Of a stretch of DNA of 64,000 nucleotides, positions 46,932 through 55,844 are shown piece by piece. The stretch is from Dehalococcoidia bacterium (GTDB lineage: Bacteria > Chloroflexota > Dehalococcoidia > Lucifugimonadales > UBA2962): the NCBI GenBank assembly GCA_965219325.1, contig OZ244723.1, forward strand, positions 1,642,158 to 1,706,157, written 5' to 3'. A program made the position numbers and the translations under genes. Under the pieces are notes generated by a model that saw only the letters and a list, made by a program, of their open reading frames with translations, searched no databases and was not told the DNA's origin. Each line of letters opens with the position of its first letter. Position 1 is the stretch's first letter.

Positions 46932-47780
46932 TCATGAGACCTCGATCACGATGCGGCAGTGGTCGCTGGGACCCCAGTGGTCCGGATCGTTCAGGGCACG
47001 CACACGCACGGAATCGTCCATATCCCGGGACGCGAAGACGAAGTCCAACTGGCGGGTGGCAGTGGATGGGCCCCGGCCGATCGGGTAGTACGTGGGGACA
47101 TTCCTGCTGCTGCTGGGAAGCTCACCCGGCCATGGATCCGCCTGCCGACCGTTGGGCGCCTGCGGGCCTACGAAAGAGAGGCCTAGTGCCTCCATCCTGT
47201 CGAACACCGTTCCGTACCGTCCGGCCCAATATTCGCTGCCGCCATCCCCATGTCCCCTGAGAATGTTCAGATCGCCAGCAGTCAGAATGCGATGGCCGTC
47301 CTGTCTGCCTATGAACGTGGATAGATCCGAGACCACGCGGTGTGCCGACGCGTCCGAGACGATCCAGCGGCTGTTAGAAGTGGCGTGAGGTCTCTCCCAT
47401 AGAGCGTACATGGAGACCGCCACGAATGGCTCGATCCCGGGGGACGAAACAAGCGCGGCGGTGACTGTCCCGGGACGGCTGACGGCGAACTCCCCCGAGC
47501 GCGCTTCCTCCATAGCCTTGGGCGTAATCCATTCCACCTCCACTCGATCAGAGAGCCTTGCTATCGCTGTCCTGCGGGTCCACCCGGTCCATCCAACAGT
47601 TGTCCAGGGAGCGGGATCGACGTCAATTCGCCTGCGTAATTCCTCGGGCGGGCGATCCGCCTCCTGCAGGAGAGCGACATCGGCGTCCATCGCGATCAGA
47701 CAATGCCAGGGATCCGTCCTGCCGTCGATGTTCCAAGAGACGAGCCTAACTGCCAACGAGCCGACATTCCTTCCGGTCAT
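46932..47780 (-). CDS. EEP family protein, type 2, copy b (full length)
   Basis: 282 aa with EEP landmarks: VSWNIDG, VALLQEA, TAGDLNI and PSDHCRIVIEVS. Confidence 0.78.
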   Translation of the reverse strand: MTGRNVGSLAVRLVSWNIDGRTDPWHCLIAMDADVALLQEADRPPEELRRRIDVDPAPWTTVGWTGWTRRTAIARLSDRVEVEWITPKAMEEARSGEFAVSRPGTVTAALVSSPGIEPFVAVSMYALWERPHATSNSRWIVSDASAHRVVSDLSTFIGRQDGHRILTAGDLNILRGHGDGGSEYWAGRYGTVFDRMEALGLSFVGPQAPNGRQADPWPGELPSSSRNVPTYYPIGRGPSTATRQLDFVFASRDMDDSVRVRALNDPDHWGPSDHCRIVIEVS

Positions 47781-47991
47781 GCGCGTGCATTTCGACCTTC
47801 ACGGTACCAGAGGTACGTCGGGCGCCTCGGCGCCCATGGGAACGAGCTGGCGGCGCTGTGAGGCCAATCTGGGGTCATACGCCAGTGAGATTGAAGCTGG
47901 CCGACAGCCAAGCCTTTTGAACCACCGGTAAGGCTCCCACTGCCGTCGGACGTCCCTGGGGACGTCATGCACACGGACCGATGGCGAATGG

Positions 47992-48987
47992 CTAGCCCTC
48001 TTCCCGAGCGCCATTGCCTTCCATCCTCTCCAGGACATCCTCCAAATGAGGCTGGAATGCGGTTCGGAATTTGGTGAGGTTCTCGGTCATCCACTTCCTG
48101 ATCTCGCCCAGTTCTTCTTCAGAGGAATCTATGCGGCCAGGTCGAGATACCGCCACCCTGCTCATCTTCGAGTCATCCATCCGTTCCCAAATCATCGCTC
48201 CGAGTTCATTCTCGATCTGCGCCTGGGACTCTTTCAGTAGATCGAACGCAGCTTTGTTCCAAGCCCTGTCCGTACCCTTGACCTGTAGTTCCACTCTGGC
48301 CTCGCCGTCCCAGGTGAACCGCATGGTGCGCCCGAACCTGGAAGAGCCTATGCCAGCACCGGCATAGTAGGTTGACCCCTTGTAGCGCGTTCCTACGTTC
48401 CATCCGTGCGTCCTGCGCAGATCCTCGAGCAGGGGGCGCCAGAAGCGAATGTATTTCTCTTGCGTTGGAGTCGCCTCGCCCTGAGCCTCTCCGGCATCCT
48501 TTGACCATGTGTTGGGTGCGGCCGCCAAACGGAACAGAGGTGCGGGGAGTGAATCGCCTATTCTCACCGCCTGCACCTCGACACCGAAGAAGCTGAGTGA
48601 ATCCCTGGTGCCCTCGTTGAGCCAGTCCAATGCGGCCCTGTGTTCGTCACGGAACTTGGTGGCGATCCACACCACGACGCTTGCGTTCTTTCCGGCCGAA
48701 TAAGTGAGCAGTTGGCCCAAATGCGCATGGTCCGTGTTGGCGATCTGGTTTTCGATGGCTACTACTGCGTCACTGTTGGCATCTTTGGCGAGTATGTCCA
48801 GGGAGAAGTTGCCAACCGGGACCTCCGTGCCTTCCAGTTCCAGATCCATGCCGAGTTCACTGCCGAGCAGCGGCAGATTGTCTGCCAGCCAGGGGGTGAA
48901 GTCGTTGGCCTCATGTGGCCAGACGCTCGTAATGGGCACCTGCTCTATGCTGCCGATCTTCTGCTGTGTCATTTGGACGTGCTCCAT
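47992..48987 (-). CDS. PD-(D/E)xK nuclease-like N-domain plus DUF4268-like C-domain protein
   Basis: GNFSLDILAKDANSDAVVAIENQIANTDHAHLGQLLTYSAG is a pattern I associate with DUF4268-family proteins. Confidence 0.65.
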   Translation of the reverse strand: MEHVQMTQQKIGSIEQVPITSVWPHEANDFTPWLADNLPLLGSELGMDLELEGTEVPVGNFSLDILAKDANSDAVVAIENQIANTDHAHLGQLLTYSAGKNASVVVWIATKFRDEHRAALDWLNEGTRDSLSFFGVEVQAVRIGDSLPAPLFRLAAAPNTWSKDAGEAQGEATPTQEKYIRFWRPLLEDLRRTHGWNVGTRYKGSTYYAGAGIGSSRFGRTMRFTWDGEARVELQVKGTDRAWNKAAFDLLKESQAQIENELGAMIWERMDDSKMSRVAVSRPGRIDSSEEELGEIRKWMTENLTKFRTAFQPHLEDVLERMEGNGAREEG

Positions 48988-49855
48988 GCGTTTGGGAGAT
49001 TATGTCGTACTTCACCGACCACCGGTGGCCGCGTCAGGGGCATGTTCAAGCATGACGGTCTGCGTCTCAGCCATGCCCGATCTGGTCTTGTCGCCGGTTT
49101 CCGAGACGATCTTCGACCCTGAGCTTCGGACAAGAAATGTCCATCTTGGAGGGACGATAATATCAAGCTGCGCCGAGCTATCTGGCTCTACCGAACTGGG
49201 CAGCCCCTCACCCTGCGTCGCAGGTCGCGGAGTGACGGTCGAGCCCGCCGACACCTCCTCAGCGCGGCGCCATCAGTGGTTCCCAGTCGGGTTTCACGTA
49301 TCGCAACTCGGGACCAATGCTCGCGAGCTCTTCGGCGAGGATCGCCCACACGAGCTCGGCGGCCTCTTTCGATGATAGAAGGGTGGGCGGACGCGTACCG
49401 ATGGGAATCGCCCGCCTTCCCTGAATGAGTATGGTCGAGCCGTCGTGCCTTATCCGGAAGCTGACCTTGTGGAGCATCTTCGTGTAGCTGGCTATGGATT
49501 TCGACTCGATCTTAAGGACCTTCACTTCGATCAAGAGAATGCTCCTTTCAAGTGATGGGAGCTGCGAGCATGTCTTTGACACACTTGTCGCAGACCGTGC
49601 CCTGCGGCATTTCGCGTTCTTTTCCTTTCATCCTGCTCGGTGGCATTGCAAGCGAAGGTCGGTAGGTACCCGGCATGGAGAGAGAGGCAGCGGTTCGCAC
49701 GCGCCCGTAGCTGTGCACGAGACCACAGCCTCATTGCGGGCGTGAGTACGATCCTCGCCATTGCTGCTGGTAAAGTTTGGGCCAGCCAATTTCGCGAGCG
49801 ATGATATAGAACGAGTGTTCTGTTAGTCAATTCGCCGATCTAGGGAGAAGGCTTC

Positions 49856-51775
49856 TTGACCGGAGATACGTCCTTCTATGAGCGCACTCCATCGCCAGAG
49901 CTCAGGGCGCTTCTCGCGCCGGGAGGGTTTCTGGCTCCCCTGATTGATCTCAGGGATCGAAAGATCGCCAGCCTGTTTCTCGACGTGCACCTGAGGGCCA
50001 ACGACGAGGTGCACGTCTACTGTGGCTTGGCGCGCCTGATGAACGTCCGGAGGAACAGGAGCGGGACCGTCAGGGTCTCTGCGCACAGGACCTTCAGCCG
50101 CCAGGGCTGCGCAAAGGAACTCCTTCGTACGTGGAAGGTGAGCGAGTCCGAAGGCTTCAGGAAGGCCCTGGACACTTATCTCCGGGGCGTGAAGGTTGAC
50201 CCGAGGCACACGGCCGGTGAGGGAGAGGTGCAGTCCATGTGGGCCAGCGTCACCGAGCCCTGGATTCCATTCGACAGGGAGGCGGTCCTCGGCGGGCAGG
50301 GCAGAGAACACGAAAGAGTCGAGGCCGCCCGCATCGCGCTGGAGGACCTCGCAGCCTCGCAGGGTAAGTCGTCCGGGCGGAGGGACAGTTGGTCGGCGCC
50401 CCCTGCAAAGGGCCGCGAGGTCGACCAGGTCGCCGTCGATCCGGAGGGCCGCCTAGTGCTGCTTGAGCTCAAGGACGCGAAGGCAGGCAATGCGCCCGTC
50501 TACTACGCGCCATTCCAGTTGCTACAGTACGGTTGGGACTGGCATGAAGCCCTCGAATGCGTGCGGAGCCGGCTGCAGGACCTGATCGATGCGCGCGTGG
50601 AGTTGGGACTGACACCCGGTACCATCCCCCGGCTCACCGGCGGCATCCGGGCCGCAGTGTGCTTCGCCAACGACAATAGAACAGAGGAGGTGAGGCGTCG
50701 CTACGAGATGGTCGTAGAAGAGGTGAACAAGCACCTTCCTCCATGCGTTCCCAGGATCGAGACGTGGGCTCTAGAGTACCGGCCCGAGCCGGTGCGGCTT
50801 AGCAGCAGTCATGCAAGATCCGATCCCCACCGCCGTCCGTCCTCGTTCGCGGAATCCCTGCAGGCGCATCTCGAGGAGTGGCGAGCCGGCGTTGACGGAT
50901 CGCGAGATCGGACATGGTCCGTCTGGACCGACGGCATCTGCCCAGCGTACCGGCAGCTTGCAGAGGATGTGGTGCGGGATGACGAGATGAGGCTCCACAC
51001 CTATGCCAACCACCTTAGGAGTTCCCAGATCTTCGCATTCAACCTGTTCCTTCCCTTCCGGGAAGGAGAGAAATCGAAGCTATCGGACTTGGTGAGCGAG
51101 ACGATAGACACCGGGTTTTCCATCGAGGAGGTGCGCTTCGAGTGGGTGCCTCCCGGCGCGCTGCTCGGCGAAATTGCGGGCGACCGACCTTCCCCAGGCG
51201 AGCCCGCAACGGCGGTTGATGTCGCTCTGTGGGGGCAAGTAGGGGATGGTGGCCGAGCAGCCGTCCTGCTGGAGGTGAAGCTGAGCGAGACCGACTTTAT
51301 GCACTGCAATGGCCGCACCAGCCCAGGAAACCGAAGAACGGACGTGTGTGATTCCGCCGCCACGTTCTTTGACGACCCTGTCGCATGCTACCTTCGGAGA
51401 CCCCGGCGGAGCCGGCGGGACAGACGTTACTGGGAGATCTTCAAGCAGAGTCACGGCAGCGTTCGTGCGGCATTCCCCGGAGCGGACCTGGAAGGTCCAT
51501 GCCCGTTCGCCTTCAGCATGCAGCAGCCGATGCGGAACCTGGCCGTGGCACGGGGACTGGAACTGGATGGGGAAAGCGGTGTGGACAAGGCATGGTTCGC
51601 TCTCTGCTCACACGACGACAATCCGGATGCGGCCCGGCACTGGAAGGACTGGAATCGTCTGCTTGCAGATCAGTCCATGGCGCCGAGACTTCCTGCGTCT
51701 AAGGTCGTGCGGGCAGGGGAGGCCGATGGATTCGGCGACTGGGCGGCTTGCATGCGCGAACGCTACCGTCTGTGA
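49856..51775 (+). CDS. 639-aa protein with two PD-(D/E)xK-like nuclease motifs
   Basis: First motif: VDQVAVDPEGRLVLLELKDAK...FQLLQYGWDW (D..ExK plus QxxxY, RecB/Cas4-like). Second motif: VDVALWG...AAVLLEVKLSETDF. TTG start in the track. Confidence 0.55.
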   Translation: MTGDTSFYERTPSPELRALLAPGGFLAPLIDLRDRKIASLFLDVHLRANDEVHVYCGLARLMNVRRNRSGTVRVSAHRTFSRQGCAKELLRTWKVSESEGFRKALDTYLRGVKVDPRHTAGEGEVQSMWASVTEPWIPFDREAVLGGQGREHERVEAARIALEDLAASQGKSSGRRDSWSAPPAKGREVDQVAVDPEGRLVLLELKDAKAGNAPVYYAPFQLLQYGWDWHEALECVRSRLQDLIDARVELGLTPGTIPRLTGGIRAAVCFANDNRTEEVRRRYEMVVEEVNKHLPPCVPRIETWALEYRPEPVRLSSSHARSDPHRRPSSFAESLQAHLEEWRAGVDGSRDRTWSVWTDGICPAYRQLAEDVVRDDEMRLHTYANHLRSSQIFAFNLFLPFREGEKSKLSDLVSETIDTGFSIEEVRFEWVPPGALLGEIAGDRPSPGEPATAVDVALWGQVGDGGRAAVLLEVKLSETDFMHCNGRTSPGNRRTDVCDSAATFFDDPVACYLRRPRRSRRDRRYWEIFKQSHGSVRAAFPGADLEGPCPFAFSMQQPMRNLAVARGLELDGESGVDKAWFALCSHDDNPDAARHWKDWNRLLADQSMAPRLPASKVVRAGEADGFGDWAACMRERYRL

Positions 51776-51853
51776 CCCGCGACGTTGATGGGGTCTCGGT
51801 AAGAATGAACACCACGCGGCTAGGCTGCTGAGGAAACTCGGGAACGGAAAGCG

Positions 51854-52270
51854 GTGAGGTTTCCCAGATCGGCGTACGTCTCAGCGTGGATGGCTCTCGG
51901 TCTGGCTGTGGCTACCGGAATATACCTCGCGGTCGGACCGGCCTATCAGGGCGTGGAGGTGGAGGCGGTGGCGCCTGGCGAGTCATCCGTCGAGGTCGGC
52001 AGGTTCACGGCGACCTTTATCGAGGTGAACGGCTTGCGCGTGGTCCCATTGTTGCTGGTTCCCGTCGTGCTGAGCGGTCTCGCCGTCTGGGCCGTCCATG
52101 CCCGAGACGCCGGGAGGATCCGACGTCAGGCGAGCCTCTGGATGTTCGCCGTCGCACTCCTCGGACTCTGCGCGGTGACTTTCCTATCCATCGGCCTGCT
52201 CTATCTTCCCACGGGAATCGCACTCTTGGCCGCGGCGTTTACGGGCTCGAGGGCGAAGACTCTATCCTGA
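51854..52270 (+). CDS. Small integral membrane protein (about 4 TM segments)
   Basis: 138 aa with hydrophobic stretches: WMALGLAVATGIYLAVG, VVPLLLVPVVLSGLAVWAV, LWMFAVALLGLCAVTFLSIGLLYL and GIALLAAAF. Confidence 0.5.
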   Translation: MRFPRSAYVSAWMALGLAVATGIYLAVGPAYQGVEVEAVAPGESSVEVGRFTATFIEVNGLRVVPLLLVPVVLSGLAVWAVHARDAGRIRRQASLWMFAVALLGLCAVTFLSIGLLYLPTGIALLAAAFTGSRAKTLS

Positions 52271-52406
52271 ATTGTCCCCAACGTATCGCCTCTCGCTCTC
52301 GGTGCCGTCTCCGAGAGGAGTTGGGCGTTCCTGGTGAAACCGGAAGATGGGAGCCGACCGTGTCCCCCTCCTGTGCCACGATGGAAGAGGTCTTGGGGTC
52401 AGGTCA

Positions 52407-53297
52407 CTAATCTGCTGCAATTTCGATGAGTAGTCGGCAGTGGTCGCTCGCGCCCCACTCCTCAACAGAATTCATGGCCCGCACCGTGATGCACTCGTGA
52501 AAGCCGCGGGAGGCGAAGACGTAATCGAGTTGATTGTTGCTTGTCGTCTCCGGCTTCTTACCGGGTAGGCAGTATGTGACGACGTTGCGGGAGTCGGCGG
52601 GCTCTCCCGTAGCCGGTGTCTTTGCCTGCCGACCATTCGGTGCCTGCGGCCCCGTGAACTCCAGCCCGATGGTTGTCATCCTCTCGAAGACGGACCGGTA
52701 TCGTGCCTCCCAGTAGGAGGGGTCGCCGCCATCGCCATAGCCGTGCGCGATGTTGAGATCGCCAGCAGCCAGTATGCGATGTGTCCGCGGATTCTCGTGG
52801 CCTATGAAGGCCGAGAGATCCGAGATGATCCTGTGAACGGAAGAGTCGGCGTAGCCGAAGCCCCACGCCGTCTTGACGCCCGGATGCGACCCGATCCAGC
52901 GGCCGTACATGGAGACGGCGAAGAACGGTCCGACCGAGCCGTCACGGGGCGTTATGCGGGCGGCCGCTATCGTCCCGATGCCGCTCACGGCGATCTCGTC
53001 ACACTCTGTCCAGCCTATCGGACTGACCTGCCTGAACCACTCGACTTCGACCCGGTCCGATAGCTTCACCACCATCGGCCAGCGGTCGTACAGTTTCGGG
53101 TACCGATCTTCGTACCAGCGCGAGTTCCAGACATGTGAGTCCCAGTGCTCTACCGGGCCGATATCCACTCTATCGGCGACGTCGGAGGGAGGGTCTGCCG
53201 CCTCCTGCAGCAGAGCTATGTCCACGTCCAACTCCAGAAGCTGGCGCCACGGCCGGAGTCGCTTGGCGATGTTCCAACTCACTACTGATACAGTCAA
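52407..53297 (-). CDS. EEP family protein, type 2, copy c
   Basis: 296 aa (VSWNIAK, IALLQEA, AAGDLNI, ASDHCRLLIEI). Diverged paralogue of 46932..47780. Confidence 0.78.
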   Translation of the reverse strand: MTVSVVSWNIAKRLRPWRQLLELDVDIALLQEAADPPSDVADRVDIGPVEHWDSHVWNSRWYEDRYPKLYDRWPMVVKLSDRVEVEWFRQVSPIGWTECDEIAVSGIGTIAAARITPRDGSVGPFFAVSMYGRWIGSHPGVKTAWGFGYADSSVHRIISDLSAFIGHENPRTHRILAAGDLNIAHGYGDGGDPSYWEARYRSVFERMTTIGLEFTGPQAPNGRQAKTPATGEPADSRNVVTYCLPGKKPETTSNNQLDYVFASRGFHECITVRAMNSVEEWGASDHCRLLIEIAAD

Positions 53298-53369
53298 TGA
53301 ATCCTCCGATGTGACTTTAGTGATCCCCCAACTATCCTCTTTGGTCCCTCGGGAGTGAAGAGACTGACA

Positions 53370-54092
53370 CTACTTGAGGTTTTGGGCAGACAGGTCGGCG
53401 ACTACGCCGAAATGGTCTGACAGCTTCCTACCCTCATGGATGTTGCTGATCACACTCAGGGAGCCAACCACCCAGTCCGCGCTCAGTGCAATGTGATCGA
53501 TATTGCTACGTCCCTGGAAGACAAGCTCCGACGTGGCGATTTCCATGCCCGGCGAGAAGGCCTCCCGAAGTGCCAATTGAAGCTCGGAACGCGCGAGGCT
53601 ACCTGGTCCTACAATCTGGTTGAAATCCCCCATCACTATCAGACGCTTGGCATCCGCCCGATCGAGCACCTCAGTGAGACCTCCCAGATACTGTTCATGG
53701 TCCTCCCATGGCGCCTTGCGCTCCGGCTTGCGGTTAGCCTCAGTCCGTGATCCGAACCAGGGGATGCAGATTCCCATGACGGCGACCTCGCCCATTGACG
53801 TTTGCGTGACGCCCGACACGAATCGACCGGGCGGCATCGAGTCGATGCCCAGGTCGTCCACCTGCTCCCACGGTCGCCTGGACCACAGCAGAACCTTCCT
53901 GCGGCCCCGCTTGATCGGATACCCGTAGTCTTCTCGCGAGCAGATCATGTGCCCTTCCCGGGAGAGCAGCGCGGCGTCCGTCTCGATCAGGCAGACGATC
54001 TCGGGATCATGCCCCTCAATGCGCCTGAGGATCTCGGGAGATCTGCGTGAGCCGGGCGTGGACCACGCGACGTTCCAGTTGACCAGTTTCAA
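53370..54092 (-). CDS. EEP family protein, type 1, copy c
   Basis: 240 aa (NWNVAW, VCLIET, MGDFNQ, LSDHFG). About half the residues are identical by eye to copies a and b. Confidence 0.78.
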   Translation of the reverse strand: MKLVNWNVAWSTPGSRRSPEILRRIEGHDPEIVCLIETDAALLSREGHMICSREDYGYPIKRGRRKVLLWSRRPWEQVDDLGIDSMPPGRFVSGVTQTSMGEVAVMGICIPWFGSRTEANRKPERKAPWEDHEQYLGGLTEVLDRADAKRLIVMGDFNQIVGPGSLARSELQLALREAFSPGMEIATSELVFQGRSNIDHIALSADWVVGSLSVISNIHEGRKLSDHFGVVADLSAQNLK

Positions 54093-54329
54093 GGCTATTG
54101 CGTATCAGCCCGTGACTCGCCGTCCGGGCATCTGGGTCCCTGCAATTCTCAAATTCCTTCGGTCTGTCGTATGTCTCGCAGGTGGTCATGCGCTAGACGA
54201 CAAGAGTTCGCCCACGCGCTTGGCGCTTCGCCCCGAGTTGTCCTAAGGCACAAGCTAGACAGGGCAAGGATGCGTTGGGCCAAAAAGCAGCTGGTATGAG
54301 AGATCGAGACAAACCTATGGTTGGTTGCC

Positions 54330-55442
54330 CTACCGCGGACCATCCAGCTGTATTTCCCGCACCGTGTCGCAGAAGTTGGTGAGCTGTAGGAGCTCCTCTT
54401 CCTTGAGTGGATCCCTAAAGTGCATAAGCCGATTGCGATACTTACGAACATCATTCAGGGCCTTGGTGAAGACAATTCTATCGAATGGGACATCGAGTTC
54501 GTGCCAGTGCTCTGCGGACTCTAGCACTCGCTGCAGTGCTCCGACTGTCAAGTCGTCAAGGTCGGCGATAGGATCATCGCCCGAGAGGCCCCTTTCACTG
54601 AGAAACTGGGCCACCCTGTCCTTCCCCAGCCGCCTTTCGAGCAGAGCACGCAGGCGTTCCTCGATTTCGCCTATACGCTTGAAGGGGTCTACCAAACCGG
54701 CAAACTCTTCAGCCAGATCCCAGGCCGTAACGATTCCCTGGAGCCTCTTCTCCCGTCCGATTACCAGGACCACGTCAGTCTCAGCCAGCCGACTGACAAC
54801 GGACTTAAGGTCGTCGTGACTTTGTGCGAACGGCACCTTGCTGTCCACACAATCACCCACGGTCGTGGGTTGTCCGTTCATCAGTGCCTTCGCAATCGAC
54901 TGGAACGACACGATTCCCTTGATGTCCTGCTGTCTGGGTGTCGAGCCGTTTGCGACCACCAACTGCGAATACTTGCCCAAGAGCATCTCGGTATAGGCTA
55001 CTTGGATCGGCGCATCATGCGGCACACACTTCACTGCCTTGTTTGCTGAGGCGAGCTCGGACACGCTGAATGCTGGCTCGGGTAGGCTGAAGTCGTCTAT
55101 GAGTTCCTGCGGCGGAGCATCGGTCCCCGATATATCTTGGCCGTCGCCCGACGCATCGATCGCTGCATCTTCCGCTGTACTGAGCGTGAAGCGGATGTAG
55201 GGTGACCTTAGCGGCATGTCGGGACTGACTGGAGGGTCCGCCACCAAGCCGAGTTCCGCTAGTGTCGTGTTTATCTCATCGATGGCCGTCTTGCGCCTCC
55301 TGACGTAGCCAAAGGCGCGAAGCACGTTCTCACCCATCCTCCATTGATTGCGTCCGGACTCCAAGTTGGACCGGATGTCCCCCAAGTACTCACGCCCGTT
55401 CATGGCTCCTCCTAGGTTTGGCATGCTCTTGCCTGCCCACAC
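54330..55442 (-). CDS. CBS-pair domain protein with C-terminal HEPN-type RNxxxH motif
   Basis: CBS-like segments: VPHDAPIQVAYTEMLLGKYSQLVVANG...IKGIVSFQSI and HDDLKSVVSRLAETDVVLVIGREKRLQGIVTAWDL. C-terminus: LNDVRKYRNRLMHFRDP. Confidence 0.65.
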   Translation of the reverse strand: MWAGKSMPNLGGAMNGREYLGDIRSNLESGRNQWRMGENVLRAFGYVRRRKTAIDEINTTLAELGLVADPPVSPDMPLRSPYIRFTLSTAEDAAIDASGDGQDISGTDAPPQELIDDFSLPEPAFSVSELASANKAVKCVPHDAPIQVAYTEMLLGKYSQLVVANGSTPRQQDIKGIVSFQSIAKALMNGQPTTVGDCVDSKVPFAQSHDDLKSVVSRLAETDVVLVIGREKRLQGIVTAWDLAEEFAGLVDPFKRIGEIEERLRALLERRLGKDRVAQFLSERGLSGDDPIADLDDLTVGALQRVLESAEHWHELDVPFDRIVFTKALNDVRKYRNRLMHFRDPLKEEELLQLTNFCDTVREIQLDGPR

Positions 55443-55844
55443 CGACGGGTTGTCACCCTACAGTGTGCTTTCCGGTCGATGTGATTCAGTACCTGAGCGT
55501 GCGGTGGGAGGCGGAACGTCCCGATACGCTGTAGGCCGGGTGTAGAGAGGGCTGAACTCCGCCGCCTGCTGGCGCCTGAGCTAGGCGCAGGCCGTATGCG
55601 ATCCTCTTTCGCCCAGGATGTCAAAATGCTGGTTTTTCTTTTGACTTCCCGATTGATCCCATGGGTCGGTACGAATGATCGAATCCCTTAAGGCAGTCAG
55701 TCCGACAATTCGGCCCATCGATTCGAGCTAAGAGCCCATGGCGAAACGTGCTCGAGGCCTCCCTTGCTTGAGTGGGCAGATTGCCTTTCTGGTCAAGGCT
55801 ATCTGAGTCCGTGCCAATCGGGTCTGCCATTCGGGAGCCAGCCG

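Noticed and set aside
46337-47260. 307-aa plus-strand ORF, and similar antisense ORFs (9148..9636, 32328..33314, 26031..26894, 5577..6158)
   Set aside because: They are antisense shadows of well-supported genes in high-GC DNA, with low-complexity Arg/Pro/Ser-rich translations.
49259-49830. Two overlapping small minus-strand ORFs (99 and 107 aa) that might be one frameshifted gene with an ExK-like LLIEVK motif
   Set aside because: The N-terminal part is Arg-rich and not convincingly coding, and no family was recognised.
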